A stretch of DNA of 64,000 nucleotides from Paramecium tetraurelia. Lineage: Eukaryota. The DNA is taken from contig CT868207.1 of assembly GCA_000165425.1 (NCBI GenBank), forward strand, positions 124,001 to 188,000. The letters are read 5' to 3'. The notes under the pieces were generated by a model, which saw nothing but the letters and a program-made list of their open reading frames with translations, did not search any database and was not told the DNA's origin. Made by a program: the position numbers and the translations under genes. Positions 14,701-27,787 of this stretch are shown here, piece by piece. The first letter of the stretch is position 1; every line of letters starts with the position of its first letter.

Positions 14701-17700
14701 TCCATCACCACATACTTCTATACAACGATTATTAACTAATGCAAATCCTAATTAACAAACTTAGCAAACAGAGAAATCACAAATCTAACAGTTTTAATCA
14801 CATTAAATTTAACATTAATAACATCCATCATAAATGGAAGAATTAGAGTCTTCACAAACTTCGTCGCCAACTGTCATTCCATCTCCACAAATAGGAAAGC
14901 ACAAATGAGATAACATATCTAATTGCCAATTTGATTAACATGCTAAACAATATCCTAGATAGCATTAAATGCATGAATCTTAGCATTCATATTACTATTA
15001 AAAGCATCCATCCATGGGTGTAATATTACCATCGTCACATTGTTCATCAGAAATAATATTATCATCAAGAACTGACTCGCAAGTTAAGGTTGATAGATTC
15101 AATATCCACCCTTAAGTGTTGCACTCATAACATTAACCATTCAAACAATTTGTACAGGAATCCTAACATTTAAATTAGCATTGATAACATCCATCAAATA
15201 GTACAAAGTTGTTATCATCACAATTTTCGTATCCAACAACTTTGAAATCTCCACAAATAGGAATGCATTATTAAGTTTTAGCAATATATTAGAATCCACT
15301 CTTACATTTCTAACATTTACCATCAGTGCAGAGATCACAAAATTCTGCACAACTTAAAACACAGGAATCACATAAATCAAAGGGATTAAAATTACCATCA
15401 TCGCATTCTTCTTATCCATAAACAATGATATTGTCTCCACAAACTGATTCACAATTACTTCCAGTCAAATACCATCCATTCTCTTAATCACATTCCAAAC
15501 AGATTCCAAAATAACAATTTGTGCAGTGCTCATAACACTGAAATTAACATTCATAACAACCGTCATTTGGATATATATTTCCATCATCACATGCTTCAAT
15601 TCCAACAATAATTTAATCTCCACAATTATTTATACAGTAATAAATAGGTTCTATCAAAATGTAGTTGTCTTTACACTCATAACATTTACCTCTTTAACAA
15701 TAGGAGCATTCTTCTTAGCATGATAACTAACATTAATTGCAACCATCGAAAGGATTATCATTACCATCATCACAATCTTCGCCATCTACCACTAATTAAT
15801 CACCACATATTGGCAAACATTAGAGATTATATCCATCATCATAATACCCATCTATGCAATTGCATTCAAATTCAAATATTGATCTATGAAAGTCAGTGAC
15901 ACAACTATAACACTCGTTACTATTAGAACCAAAACAACTTTCGCAATAACTATCACATTCTTATTAATAAATAATTATTTTTACAAATGCATTATGTACC
16001 TGACAAAAAAGCTGAAGGATAACATTAGCATTAGCCTTAGGCCAAGTAAAATTGGTTAGTGCTAGTGAATTCGCATCGAGTACATACTGTTGAACTTTAG
16101 CATTCATTACATCCTAATAAGGAGCAAGTTAAACAAGAATAGACTTAAGTGCTTGTGTCAAAATTCAAATATTCATTTGAAGCACAATAATTTGTAGTAT
16201 TAAATCCAGTGTATACAGAATCGCAATCTCCGATTAATGGTCCATGACAAAGACCACTACAAAAAGGAGCACACTAATAATATTTTGATTTGATACATAG
16301 TGAACAACCACAAAGTATTCTGAAACATACATGAAGGCATCTTGTAAATTTGCTTGATTTGTATCTGCTGATAATTCTATGTCTAACTAACTACCTGTAT
16401 GAGATTGTTAAATGATTTCATAATACTTTGTAGTCTCCTTCTTATTACCTCCAACTGAATTGTATGCGCCAGTATTTGGATTTGTAATTGAGGCTGATTA
16501 GAAAGAATGAAATTTGTATTTAAACCAACCTGTATTTTCATCTCCAAAGGTGAAATTTAGCCTATAACTCACTTAATAGTGAGGACGAAGCGAATAAAAC
16601 GATTTTTTAAACTTTCCTGATTTCCAAACTAACACACCTCCTAATACTGATTTTTATGGAACGAAAGAATATAATTAACCAGTAAATGAAGTTTAAATAG
16701 CATTGCTCAAATCTGTAAAATTATCCACAATATCCCCTAGATTCTCCAGTGTTGTATTCATATCATAAAATGCTTTAACTAAATATCGACTATCTTAAAA
16801 TATGAATTATCTGTACTTTCAATTAAATCTTCATAATCTTAACAAGTTCCATTCGTTAACAAAATTGAGTATATTGGACAACTGCTTACACATGTCCCTC
16901 TGTATAATTAATAACCAGAATCACATATCAGGCATCGTGAATAAGTTTCACAACTTGTACAGTTACTTTAACACAATCCATAATCGATAGTAACATTTCT
17001 GAAAGCCCAAGTTTCAGATGTTAACCCTGTTATTGCTTGAAATTTTATAACTGGATTATAAGTATAGGTTTTTAGAACTGTCTCTATTCTTACTAAATCA
17101 TAATTGAGTCCAGAACAACTCAGGCTGCTAAAATACGATAAACTTGATTAAGTGTAAGTATAATTGGTGGCTGTTTTTAGAATAGTAGCTCTTGAATAAG
17201 AATCTGCTGTAATAATTAGTTAGGAATCTGGTTGCCAACCGTTAAAGTAAAAAGATGCTCTTATTCTAATAAACTTCAATGCTTTATTTTAAGCTAGTTA
17301 TATCTAAATTCCTTCATAATTGTAGAATTTTCCTATGAGATCTGTTCCGCCACAGGATAATAACATTTATTAATTTCTTGGGTAGAATGGATCAGGTATA
17401 AATGTCCATGGGTCTTAAGGCAATAGGTTTCCATTTGATAGTGAATTCGATGTAAAATAACTTACTTTTGATTTTATTCCTAAGTTATTAATTAAAATAT
17501 ACTTGGATCAAATTAACAGTATTTCGAAGTATCTGCTAAATAATAATCTCGATTGCATTCTTGAGTACATCCCGTTAGTAGCGATACATATGAGTTGGCT
17601 TCATCACAAAGACATAATCCTCCTTAAAGTGTTCCTTAATAGCAAGTTAAGCAATCTAAACTTGTACTTCCAGAACAGGACAAACATGAAAAATGACATG

Positions 17701-18280
17701 GTTTCACATATAGCAAGATATTTCTTAATCCAATTCTCATGTCAGAATCCTAATACATATAACAATATGATATGTTGAAGGTAGGTGTATGATGATTTAT
17801 TGAGTCTAAAGCTACTGTTTTAATTTCTACTCTTTTATCATCTACATTACTACATCCACCACCCCCGCCACCACCTCCACAAGTGTACTAACAAACATTT
17901 TCATATTTTTATAAATCATTCTGTTAGTACTGTCTTTAAAATATGGAAGAAGAACTAAAACTGTCTACTAAAAATATATTAAATTAGGAATTAGTTCCTG
18001 GAAGAGATCTAAAATAAATAACATCCGTTAATAGTCTAATTTAGTAATGAGGATAGTAAAATTGTTTTTCTAATTTTGTTCTATCATCCTTTAACCTTAA
18101 AAAATCTAAAGGGTTAGTGCCACATTATTTTATTGATGATCCTTGTATTTAATTAACTGAGCAATTTTATTTAAAATCCCAATCATTTGCTGTACTAATG
18201 CTTTCAGAGTAAAAATTGCTATAAATCAATCTCCAATCACATAAGGATACCTTTAAGATGATAAATATAGTAAAAAGCAT
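11737..18280 (-). CDS. Large Cys-rich surface protein (~2,165 aa): signal peptide, repeated N-terminal domains, CGDG/ExCDDGN (Myxococcus-type Cys-rich, DUF4215-like) repeats, C-terminal multi-TM domain
   Basis: Starts MLFTIFIILKVSLC. Many CGDG...E.CDDGN...DGC..C units lie between ~13300 and 15830. The C-terminus has FWNLMDLLQYLSYIKYVNIQFPANL followed by hydrophobic helices. Removing two 23-nt introns (~16794-16816, ~17480-17502) gives a length divisible by 3. Confidence 0.9.
13330..15830 (-). repeat. Tandem ~60-aa Cys-rich coding repeats (C.P.CGDG....E.CDDGN....DGC..C)
   Basis: Recurring tctccaca / ccatc(a/g)tcaca / acaccc-atc motifs on the + strand at ~180-190 nt spacing. Confidence 0.9.
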
Positions 18281-19949
18281 TTAGAAAAATTATATTTAAT
18301 TAAGTTTGATGAGATCACATAATATTATAAAACATTTTTAAAATTTATATCAAAGTTTGTAAATAATTTATCCGATATAGTCAGTCATTATTAGAGAGTT
18401 GATTATTTTTTTGAATTTCAATAAAGAAAAATGCTTAGATTAAAAAAAATAAACAAACTTTTAAAATGGTGACCCTTTAGATTTATACTGCTGAGAAATT
18501 AAGGAATTGCCATATGCTTAAACTCTGTGGAGTTCACTCATTAATTACATTAACTATGAATAGTATGTGAACTATTTTGAGGTACTTGACCTCTGAGTGT
18601 TTTTCTCATGCATAATGAATAGTCCTCAATATCATTAAGGACATTTGAACAAGTTTTTCATTTCCTCAATAGATAAAATGAATTTCTTCTTCAAAACTAT
18701 CTTTACTATAAGAATTAATGTTTTTAATATTGAAAAGCCTCATTGACTAATTAATTTTTTCTTTAACATTCGACTCAATTTATATTTTTGTTTGACTATT
18801 TTAGGTTTAAAACAAGATCCCGATATGATAATATCGGCAGAATATTATTTTCAGATTTTAGACGGTTTGATAAACTGCTCTATTTTAAGTTCCGTTATTT
18901 CTTTGTCATTATATTTAATATTTATGAGTTCTTTGGCGGAACACTTTTTGAATAGAATCAGATTTGAAGTATTTTTCTTCTGTGCTTTATGCATTTTATT
19001 GAGTTTTTCAAATAAATAATAAATCAAATTGGGTAAAAATAGCCGTATTAAACAACCTGTAAAGAATCCTAACTTATAAGTGCTTTTTATTATCTTATTT
19101 TCAGATTGTTGGATATTTTGAATGATTCTTCTAAGATCTGGATAATGTTTGTTTCTTCGTTTGGTTCTAATAGATTAGTTGCTTAAGCCAACTTAAATCT
19201 TGTTGGTGAAACTGAGTTAGTTTAGGGAGATGATCATTTGTGATGAGCTAGCACCATGCACAAATTCAACCAACCAATAAGTAGAAGAATATTTTAATTG
19301 ATTTTTTCTTTATCTATAGAAAAAGGATGGTTACTTTAAAATTATTAATCTATTCTTTAAATATATCTTAAATTTAATACATTTTATTGCTTTTACTTAT
19401 GAACTGATTCTGAATATTTTTGAATAACTTTTTGAATTGGTTTCTTTTTGGATTATTGTTAAATATAACCTCTTGATATTTATCTTGATAATTCTTGAGA
19501 ACAAAGAGATTATTTTTTACATAACATGTAAAAATCGATGAGCAGAAATTATTCTACTAACAGTTTTAAGTCTTTCATTAACTAATTCTATTCCCATTCA
19601 TAGTGTATAATAATATAAACCAAAATTTTTCTGCCGAATATGTTATCATTTTGGATAGAAAATCTTCAACCAATAGTTCAATGCATTTTATCAGTTTCTG
19701 CATCATATCTAATAACATTTTCACAATTTTAGACTCTTATAAACAATTTAAATTTTTGTTTTAGTGAGAAATTTATAAAATTAGTTGAAATTATTGTATT
19801 TTTGAACTGATTGGGATTAAAACCGCTACTCAATTAGATATTTCAATTTATTTTCAGATGAACTTTCTTATATTATTATTATTAAAATTAACACCCATAT
19901 AATCCTATAAATTCAGTTGGTTTCACTGGCCCATTAAATAGAGTTAAAT

Positions 19950-20750
19950 AACTCTCTTCTTATTCATTTTTTGTTTGTCTTCTCATCTTAGTACGTATTG
20001 ATCAGCCTCTCAAGATTAACAAATTTAGTAAGATATTTTAGCACATCTTTGTAAAATGATGGTTATGGGTGCTCTGTACAGGTTTAATTATATAATTTAA
20101 ATAATAGTGGGAAGATCTTGCAGCAAATGAATTAATAGGGGTAGAAACAAATTTGTTTCTATTGATATTTTCTGTGATATCAATATCTATTATTATCATC
20201 TATTACTCTGCTTTTTTTAAGGATAGTGCTGCGATAGTTTCGATATTTGGTATTAAGTAATGTAGCACTTATGTTGGTAAATTTTTAGGAATTTGCAAAG
20301 CAGTTTAAAGGTTGCATTATATAATTATCCAATTTATGTCCTTACATTCTAACTTTTTTAAGTCGAATGGACGGAATGATGTAGAGGAAATGGGGTAAAA
20401 TATATGTTTACCATAGCTACATTCGAAATTACCAGCTGAATCTTTTTGAAATCCATAGCAGCTTTTATGTCAGGTTATTTACCACTTGTTTTAGTTTGGT
20501 TATTTGTGGTGAGACTTTTCCCGCGATGATCAAATATTATTCCCAGAAATTTGTAATTCTTTACTAAAGGGTATTGGTAGAATTCATTTCATTTAATTAC
20601 TGTATGACTCATTATTCCAGATTTCTTTTGTTTATCCATAGCGAATTCTTTTAGGCTATTTGTCCAAATTTATTTAAGAATTTCTAGTTTTGTCGTGTTA
20701 TATAATCACAACAATGTCATCTCCATATCTTATATTAGATTATGTATTCA
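19950..20750 (-). mobile_element. Decayed non-LTR (LINE-like) retrotransposon reverse transcriptase fragment
   Basis: Minus-strand pieces in order: YGDDIVVII (20716-20727), KKSGIM, YPLVKNYKFLGIIFD, RMQLWQTYILPHFLY, LQIPKNLPTQVL. These match RT motifs 5-7 and the thumb. Broken by at least 3 frameshifts and an in-frame TGA at 20589-20591. Confidence 0.8.
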
Positions 20751-21215
20751 TTTATTAATTCAAGTATTTATTTATTGGATTAGTAAATACTTGAATGGGT
20801 TAGAATTTGAATTGATTATGACTATTAATTTAAATTTCATTAGCAAAATCTATTGAATAATCTTGCCCTCTACTTTTAGTCCAAAAATTCAGCATAATAT
20901 ATTTGATTTATATGTTGGACATTTTAAATTGAATTTCTTCACTGATTATAATTTATAATATGATTTCTCAATAATTAGTAAGTATCCTCCTAAAAGTTAG
21001 GATAAAAAATAACACTTCAAAATAAACCTACAATACAGAAATATGTATAATAAGAGATGATGACGTTATGAGATTTTATTCGAAGAAATATTCAGATTCT
21101 GTTTATGTTTTGATACTAGTTAATTTTTTAAACCAATTTCTTATTTTAGAATATATATAATAATGATAATATATATTAAACTATTGTTTCATTTTTGAAT
21201 ATCATTAATTTAATT

Positions 21216-22479
21216 TCACTATTTCTAATAGACTATAAATAGAGGGATTCTTTTAATCTAAAGTTACTATTCATACATAAATATAGCTGAGTAGTTCTTT
21301 TGCTTAATATTTAATGTGATATTCATAACATATGCAGTTTAACAATCTAAAATAACGTTAAATATACATTGCGAGTGAATCTCTATAATCTCTTGAAATA
21401 CAATTCCTTCCATTAGGATTCAATGTCTCCATGACCTCCATGTTCAACTAGCCAAACAGAGAATAAATGTTTTGCCTTTTAAGCCAATTATTCAGCATGA
21501 ACAACATTAATCATAGAATCAGCTCCTCCATGAAGTAAGTAAACTGGGGCTGACACATCAACTATGTAATCAAGATTAGGAAATATATCATTATATGATG
21601 TGTGATCAATGGTAGGGTCAATGACTCTCAATCCACTTGACAAACCAGAATGAATGATCAAGCCTCCCACCTCATGTCTGGAGGCCAAGTTAGTGCTTGG
21701 TCCAGATCCAATACTGTAGCCATAGATGATGATATTTCTTGGTTCGAATTGCAATTGATCAATTAGAAAGATGTATGCGGATTCAATGTCATAGAGTAAG
21801 TTTATATCAGTGGGGTAGCCAGTGCTTTATCCATAGCCTGAATAATCGTAGGAGAATAGGTTGATTTTACACTCCATGACGATATCAACATATGTATCGA
21901 ACATCAAACCGATATCCGTAGAATTGCCATGACTATAGAGAATAATCTATTCACTGTCTGAAAATTCAATATAAATAGATGCAATCAAGTTGCCAGACTA
22001 GGACTCCAACACATAGCTAGATATAGGCAATCCAGGATTATTATCAATCTCCATAGCTTTCAATTCATTGCTTATAAAATTAAACTCTTGTGAGGGATAT
22101 TAACTTAGGTATTATATTGTTCATACTATTAATTCTTTGGGTTTCTTAGTTGTTACTTATATTCTACACTTTACAGAGTGTTATAGTATTTTATTTTTGG
22201 AGAAATTATAGAAAGGTGTTCCTTAGTTAATTGATATGACTGTCTTGTTGGCTATTTTGCTTGAATTAAAGGGGAATGTGGTTCATCTAAAGTCCTAGAT
22301 CTTTCTTCATGCAAAGGAGACAGAGTAAGTGTCTTAATCACTTCATTTCTGTTTCTTATCAAATAACCTACTTCTGGGGGATTGAATGCAACGTACTGAA
22401 CTATAGTTGATCTCAGACATCTAATAATTGATAAGAGCTTAAACAATCCAGTTAAAATTTTCCTAAAAAGCTTATACAT
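21216..22479 (-). CDS. ABHD17-like alpha/beta hydrolase (depalmitoylase family)
   Basis: Motifs AFNPP, ILYSHGNSTDIG, YDYSGYGQSTG, YGYSIGSGP, LHGGADSMI, GGHGDIE. The 3' end is uncertain: an alternative TGA lies near 21323. Confidence 0.9.
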
Positions 22480-22957
22480 GTATATCGAAATTAAAATTTT
22501 ATCAAATCAAATTACAACATCTATCTAAGTATCAAAGGATCATTCTAAGTATTTTAAGCATCTACGATCAATAATCAAGTCTCCTTAAAGACTGAATTTA
22601 TCTGTCAATCATAATAAACCTTTTCAAATAAAAGTTTATAAAATATACTTCATAGAGGAGACACTTAATTAAAAACATATATGAAGTCAGAATCAGTTAT
22701 TCTAATGATAAAATGGTAATAATACTCAAAATTGGATCCTAGTTTTGATGATAATAATTATAGATGTAAAATTAATAAATTTAGAGGATCTTTGGAATAA
22801 TCTAAAGTAATTTTGTAAAATATTGAATAATTTATCCTATAATAAATATAGAAATGCATTCCAAACATCCTTATTTTATATTTATCCAATAATATATTAA
22901 TAATTGCAGAATATTTTTTAACATATATATATAATTTTATATAATTGATGCATTTTA

Positions 22958-23655
22958 TCATGAATTTTTACTATGATATCGGGGTTATTAATTACCTTGA
23001 ACTTCTAGATGTTTATGATGAGTTTGACTTTCTACTTTCACTTGATGATTTCCTGGATTATCTTCTATTTTATCTGTTTTTTTTGAAATTTCTACTTCTT
23101 CTTCTAGATTTTGATGAAGAAGAAGAAGATTTAGATGAAGAGGATGATCTTCTTCTTTTTCTATCTCTTCTTTATCTTAATTCTTTTGTAACATACATTA
23201 CCTTTTAGCATCACTAGGAGTTCTTGACACGGGACATTCCTTTTTGATATGGCCTTTCTTGTAACACCTGTAGCATGTTTCTCGCAAATCGCCTTGATAT
23301 AAGATGATAGCTGAAACCTTCCTTGCATTCATTTGCCCAATGGCCTTTGCGTCCACAATTGAAACACACATCTCTGGTTGTTGGTCCTCTTACACCTGAA
23401 GGTCGATCATCTTATCATCACACGATCAAATGTCATCCTACCTCTTTGTTTAACAGTGACACGATCACCACCTATCCTTCGCCCGTCCACTTATGATATT
23501 GCCTACTTAGCCTCATCTGAAGCTTCAAATTCAATGAAGGCATGTGTGCTTCGTAGATCAATATCCTTTATCTTCCCATACTTCTCGAACTCCTGTTACA
23601 AATCTTCCCGCCTTATTTTAGATCCCAATCTTCCTACATAAATTTATCGACTCAT
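22958..23655 (-). CDS. SR-family splicing factor: RRM + two CCHC zinc knuckles + RS tail
   Basis: MSRQIYVGRL...HAFIEF (RNP2/RNP1), CFNCGRKGHWANEC, CYRCYKKGHIKKEC, then an R/S-rich tail. Four introns. Confidence 0.9.
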
Positions 23656-23716
23656 TTCTATAATTGCCAAATGTAATTATAAATAAATATATTTTAAATA
23701 AAATTTATGCTATCCT

Positions 23717-26032
23717 TCAAAATTTATTAAATCCACTTGGTCTGCTTTTAAACTTCTATATTTCGATCTAATGTCTTGCTACTACTTAATTAGTGCTTCT
23801 ATCTTGACTCCTACTTGAAGGTTATGACGTATTGTCCTTAACTCCAATTCTATTTTAGTATATACATATAGACATACCTCATTTACGAAGTACTTTACTG
23901 TTTCTTAGCAGTTTATGATGCCAATTTTGGGGCTGGCCTTTTCTTGTATTTAGAATTGCTATCAATGCTCTGAGAAGAATCACATTATTTATTAGCTTTA
24001 AGAGAATTTAAATAATCTTATTGAACCTTATCCTCTTTCTCCTGCAATCTTTTTTCTTTAACTTCATCTATATGTATTTGGTTTGACTCTATTACAACGA
24101 TCATTTCATCGACTAATTTCGAAATGGTTTGCCCCTTTAAAGTTTTCAACAATTTGTATTGACTTTGATCGATTAAATAATGGGCGACATGTGGCAATAT
24201 TTTAATTAAATTTATTACAACATCTACTATTTTATCTGCATATAGGTTGACAAATATATTAAACTTAAATAGGGGTTATTATACTTACATTTAAATAATT
24301 AAACTACTTTTTGCTTATGTATTTTGGTAATGCATTGATGAACCACAAATATTTGATTTTTTTATTAGAATTTCCCTTGTAAAATTATTAATTCATAGTA
24401 TCTTTGATGTTCTGTTGGATCTCATAATCTTGACAGGTGTAAAAAAAATGGGCTAAAATCTCCATAGCTAAGCTTTCATTTTGAATGCATGTTTATTATT
24501 GGTACAGAATTGGCAAATAGTATTTAACAAATTACCTTGGCTTAACAAATCTCATAAAATGTTTGACTTAAGTTAGAAATCTTTCATTGTTTATATAATT
24601 GTGGTGACACTTTTCGAATAGTTTTGCAAAATCTTAAAAAATGGCTTTAAATTATTTTTGCTTGTATATAAATTGGATATGTTACAATTTTATCTAAGGA
24701 TGCAAGAATTCCCTCATTTAATAAGGTCTCAATAATTTTGGCGAATTGAATTTGCAGAATCAACTTCAAATTTTCAGAGCCCACAACGTTTGTTATACCA
24801 AAAAATATTTAAGTTGAAATGAAGCTATACTTAATTATAAATTTTGTTTACATCAAAGGGTTTGATCAATTCGTGCAGGATGGAACAAGCAAAAATCCTA
24901 TTCTCCTCCTCATCTTCGTCGACGATGATACAAAAAGGCTAGATTAATTAGCAGTTCAATTGGACGTCTTTAATTAAAGCGAGAAACCCTGGTAAATTGT
25001 ACAAATAATAGTATCTGATGATTTGACTCTGATGCTATCCGAATTTCACAAATAAATTAATCAAATTTTATTTAAATTCTAAATTGACTTAGTCCTTTAT
25101 TGCAAGGAAGGCAACACCACAATATGCCAGAGATGTAGAAAGAACATCCTCATTTTAAGTGGATAAGCAATCAATGAACATCTGAGTAGCATTAAACTTA
25201 AATCAGATAGAAAATATTACAACACACTCAATCGCATTAAGTTTCTGATAATGTACAAATAAGGTTTGAATCATCTATTTTTTTACTTATGGACAATTGT
25301 CATATATGAGTGGGAGGAACTTGTCTTGCAAATATTAATGAATAAGACAAGGACTCAACCTTTCAATCAGACAAGAAAAGACATCTCCAGCTATTATAGC
25401 TCTGACCTCGCTGTCATTATCGTTGCATAGTTATCGAACTCTATCCAATATGGGTCCTTGAATCTTATCCCCTAATAAGTTAGCTACTTAAATTATCAAC
25501 ATAGCTCCAATCAATCTACCGACTTCGGGTTGTCGAGGAGTCGACATTTCGATGATTATTTTCTCAATATGATCTTAATAGTCTTTATAATTGAATTAAT
25601 GAATAAGATTTCCAAAGGTTGGTATCCACGAATCTGCATATTTCATATTGTATAATTAAATAAAATGAAGGACCAGAGGCATCAGTTCTTTGCTATAGCA
25701 TTTTATATTCTTGAGGGAAATCCCAGCGGCTACGATAAGTTCTTCGCTTTATTCCATAAGATCTGCTTGAACCACATTATATAATTAATTGAAACCCTCT
25801 TTCAACAGTCTGCCCAAATTGGAGTAAATCTATCTATTTTTAGAATATCATACAGCCAATTTCTATCTTTGTTGCCCTTTGGTTAATATAATTTAAGCTC
25901 TCTTAATCTCTGACAAATTCTCTTCAAGGATAAGTTTTTTAATTTCATCTCCTTTCTAAGATAACTCAAATACTGTACATCTAAAGAGACTCGTATTTCA
26001 GTCACTAAAAAATCATAGGATTCAATAGCCAT
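23717..26032 (-). CDS. HEAT/ARM-repeat protein, PP4R4 / PP2A-A-like phosphatase scaffold
   Basis: Long helical ORF with RVRQLCNDNDSEVRAIIAGDVF, LIYDNCPQVKK and DDEDEEENRIFACSILHEL HEAT-like units. Confidence 0.6.
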
Positions 26033-26683
26033 TTGGTTGATAATTAAAATTATAAATAATTTGTTTCTAATACTGAAGAAACGATTCACTAAAAAATTAA
26101 AGCATCTAATTAAATTATCATTTTGGTTTCCAAAGAATAATCATTGCAAGTAAATAATTCATTAAGCAAGACTGAAGAAAATACTAAGAGCATTAAAGTA
26201 AAATTAATGCATGTGTATTTTGAATTGTTAAATTACTTTAGAAACTCGTATTACAATATATTCAGCGATCAAAATTTTACATTAAAAATGAAATAATGAA
26301 AATGTTCTTAGATCTCCCCTAATCAAAATTTTCAAAAAACACCGAGAAATTGATATTTTAATCATTCAGAAAGAACGATTAAGTCAAATTAATTGAGACA
26401 TAAGCTCAATCAGTAATTAATCTAAAAAAACCCATCAATATATTTATATAGATAATTCATTAAATTATTTTTACAACTTTAATTGAAAATTAAGGCTACA
26501 AAGAGATATTGTAAGTTTTATACTAATAAAAGGATCCATAAACTAAAATCTTATTTGATGTTCCCTCATTAGTGTGATTATTTAATCAATTATGGTATTC
26601 ATCAGATACTGTTCATTTCTGCTTGTAGCTTTTAACTTAAAAATTATATTATTGTGAAGTAAGAATTATTAAATTTAAAAAAC

Positions 26684-27787
26684 ATGGACAATCAAGAATA
26701 AAAATAATACTAAAAATTTGATTGGGAAGAATATGAAAGAAAAAGAGCAATTGAAATGGAGTAGTATGAAAGAATATAAAAAGAAATAAAAGAAACTTAG
26801 GAAAGGTCAAGGCAAACTTTATAAAGCTTAGAGGTTACTTTCAAAAATTTAGATGATGCTAAAGCACAAGCTCGATAGACAGTTGAAAACATAGATAATT
26901 TTAAGAAATAGTTCAGTGATGCTATGGATAAACTATTAGACAAGATCGGAAAATCAATGGGTGCAAATAGTATTAAAGCAGATGAATAAAATCCTAAAAC
27001 TGCTAAAGAAGTGACTGTTGAGTAAGCATAAAAATTGTTGACTAAGAATGTGTTAATATTATGTGGAGCAGGTTTAAGTCATGCAAGTGGCATTCCCACA
27101 TTTAGAGGCAAAGATGGGTATTGGACTAAAGGAACAGATACATACTAATGTCAAAAAGTATTGACAAAAGATTTTTTAACAAGCAACCCAGATTTATGTT
27201 GGGAATGGCATAGGGACTTTTAAAAGATGCTAATTAATAAAAAACCGAATGCTGGACATACAGCAATTGCTAATTATAAAAAGAAGAATCCAAATACTTT
27301 AATTGTGTCATAAAACATCGACAACATGCTCACTTCTATTTTACCACAAAAATAAATTAAAAATGGTCATTATGAATCAATCTATGAAATCCATGGTAAT
27401 ATCAAATATATGAGATGCTTCAAAGAATGCACCTTAGAATAGGATGAGTTAGCCACTCTCTATGAAATGCCAGATCTCACTAAGAATTTAAAACCTAAAT
27501 GTCCAAAATGTGGGGAGGATGCAAGACCTCACATTTTATTCTTCGATGAATCCTATACTAACGAAAATTGTAGATTTCAGGAGTTATAGGATAAATATTA
27601 AAACTATGACACCATCATTGTAGTTGGCACAATGCTTGAAACTGGATGTGCTAAATCGACTGTTTGCTAGTTTATTAGTAAAAAGGCAACTATAATTGAA
27701 ATCAACCCAGAGCCTATAATTGAAGTTGGAAATACTTATCAAATAAAGGGAAAATCAGAAGTTATCTTACCAAAATTATTGAAATGA
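26684..27787 (+). CDS. NAD-dependent deacylase (sirtuin, CobB/class III-like) with N-terminal coiled-coil extension
   Basis: Intronless, 367 aa. [37 protein letters not shown]...[23 protein letters not shown]. Confidence 0.95.

Noticed and set aside
13306..17778. Many short ORFs on both strands within the Cys-rich gene
   Set aside because: They are fragments or antisense shadows of the single table 6 CDS at 11737-18280.
21216..21375. Possible frameshift or recoding at the 3' end of the ABHD17-like gene
   Set aside because: The hydrolase domain is complete before this point, and an early TGA or an alternative intron choice explains it without recoding.
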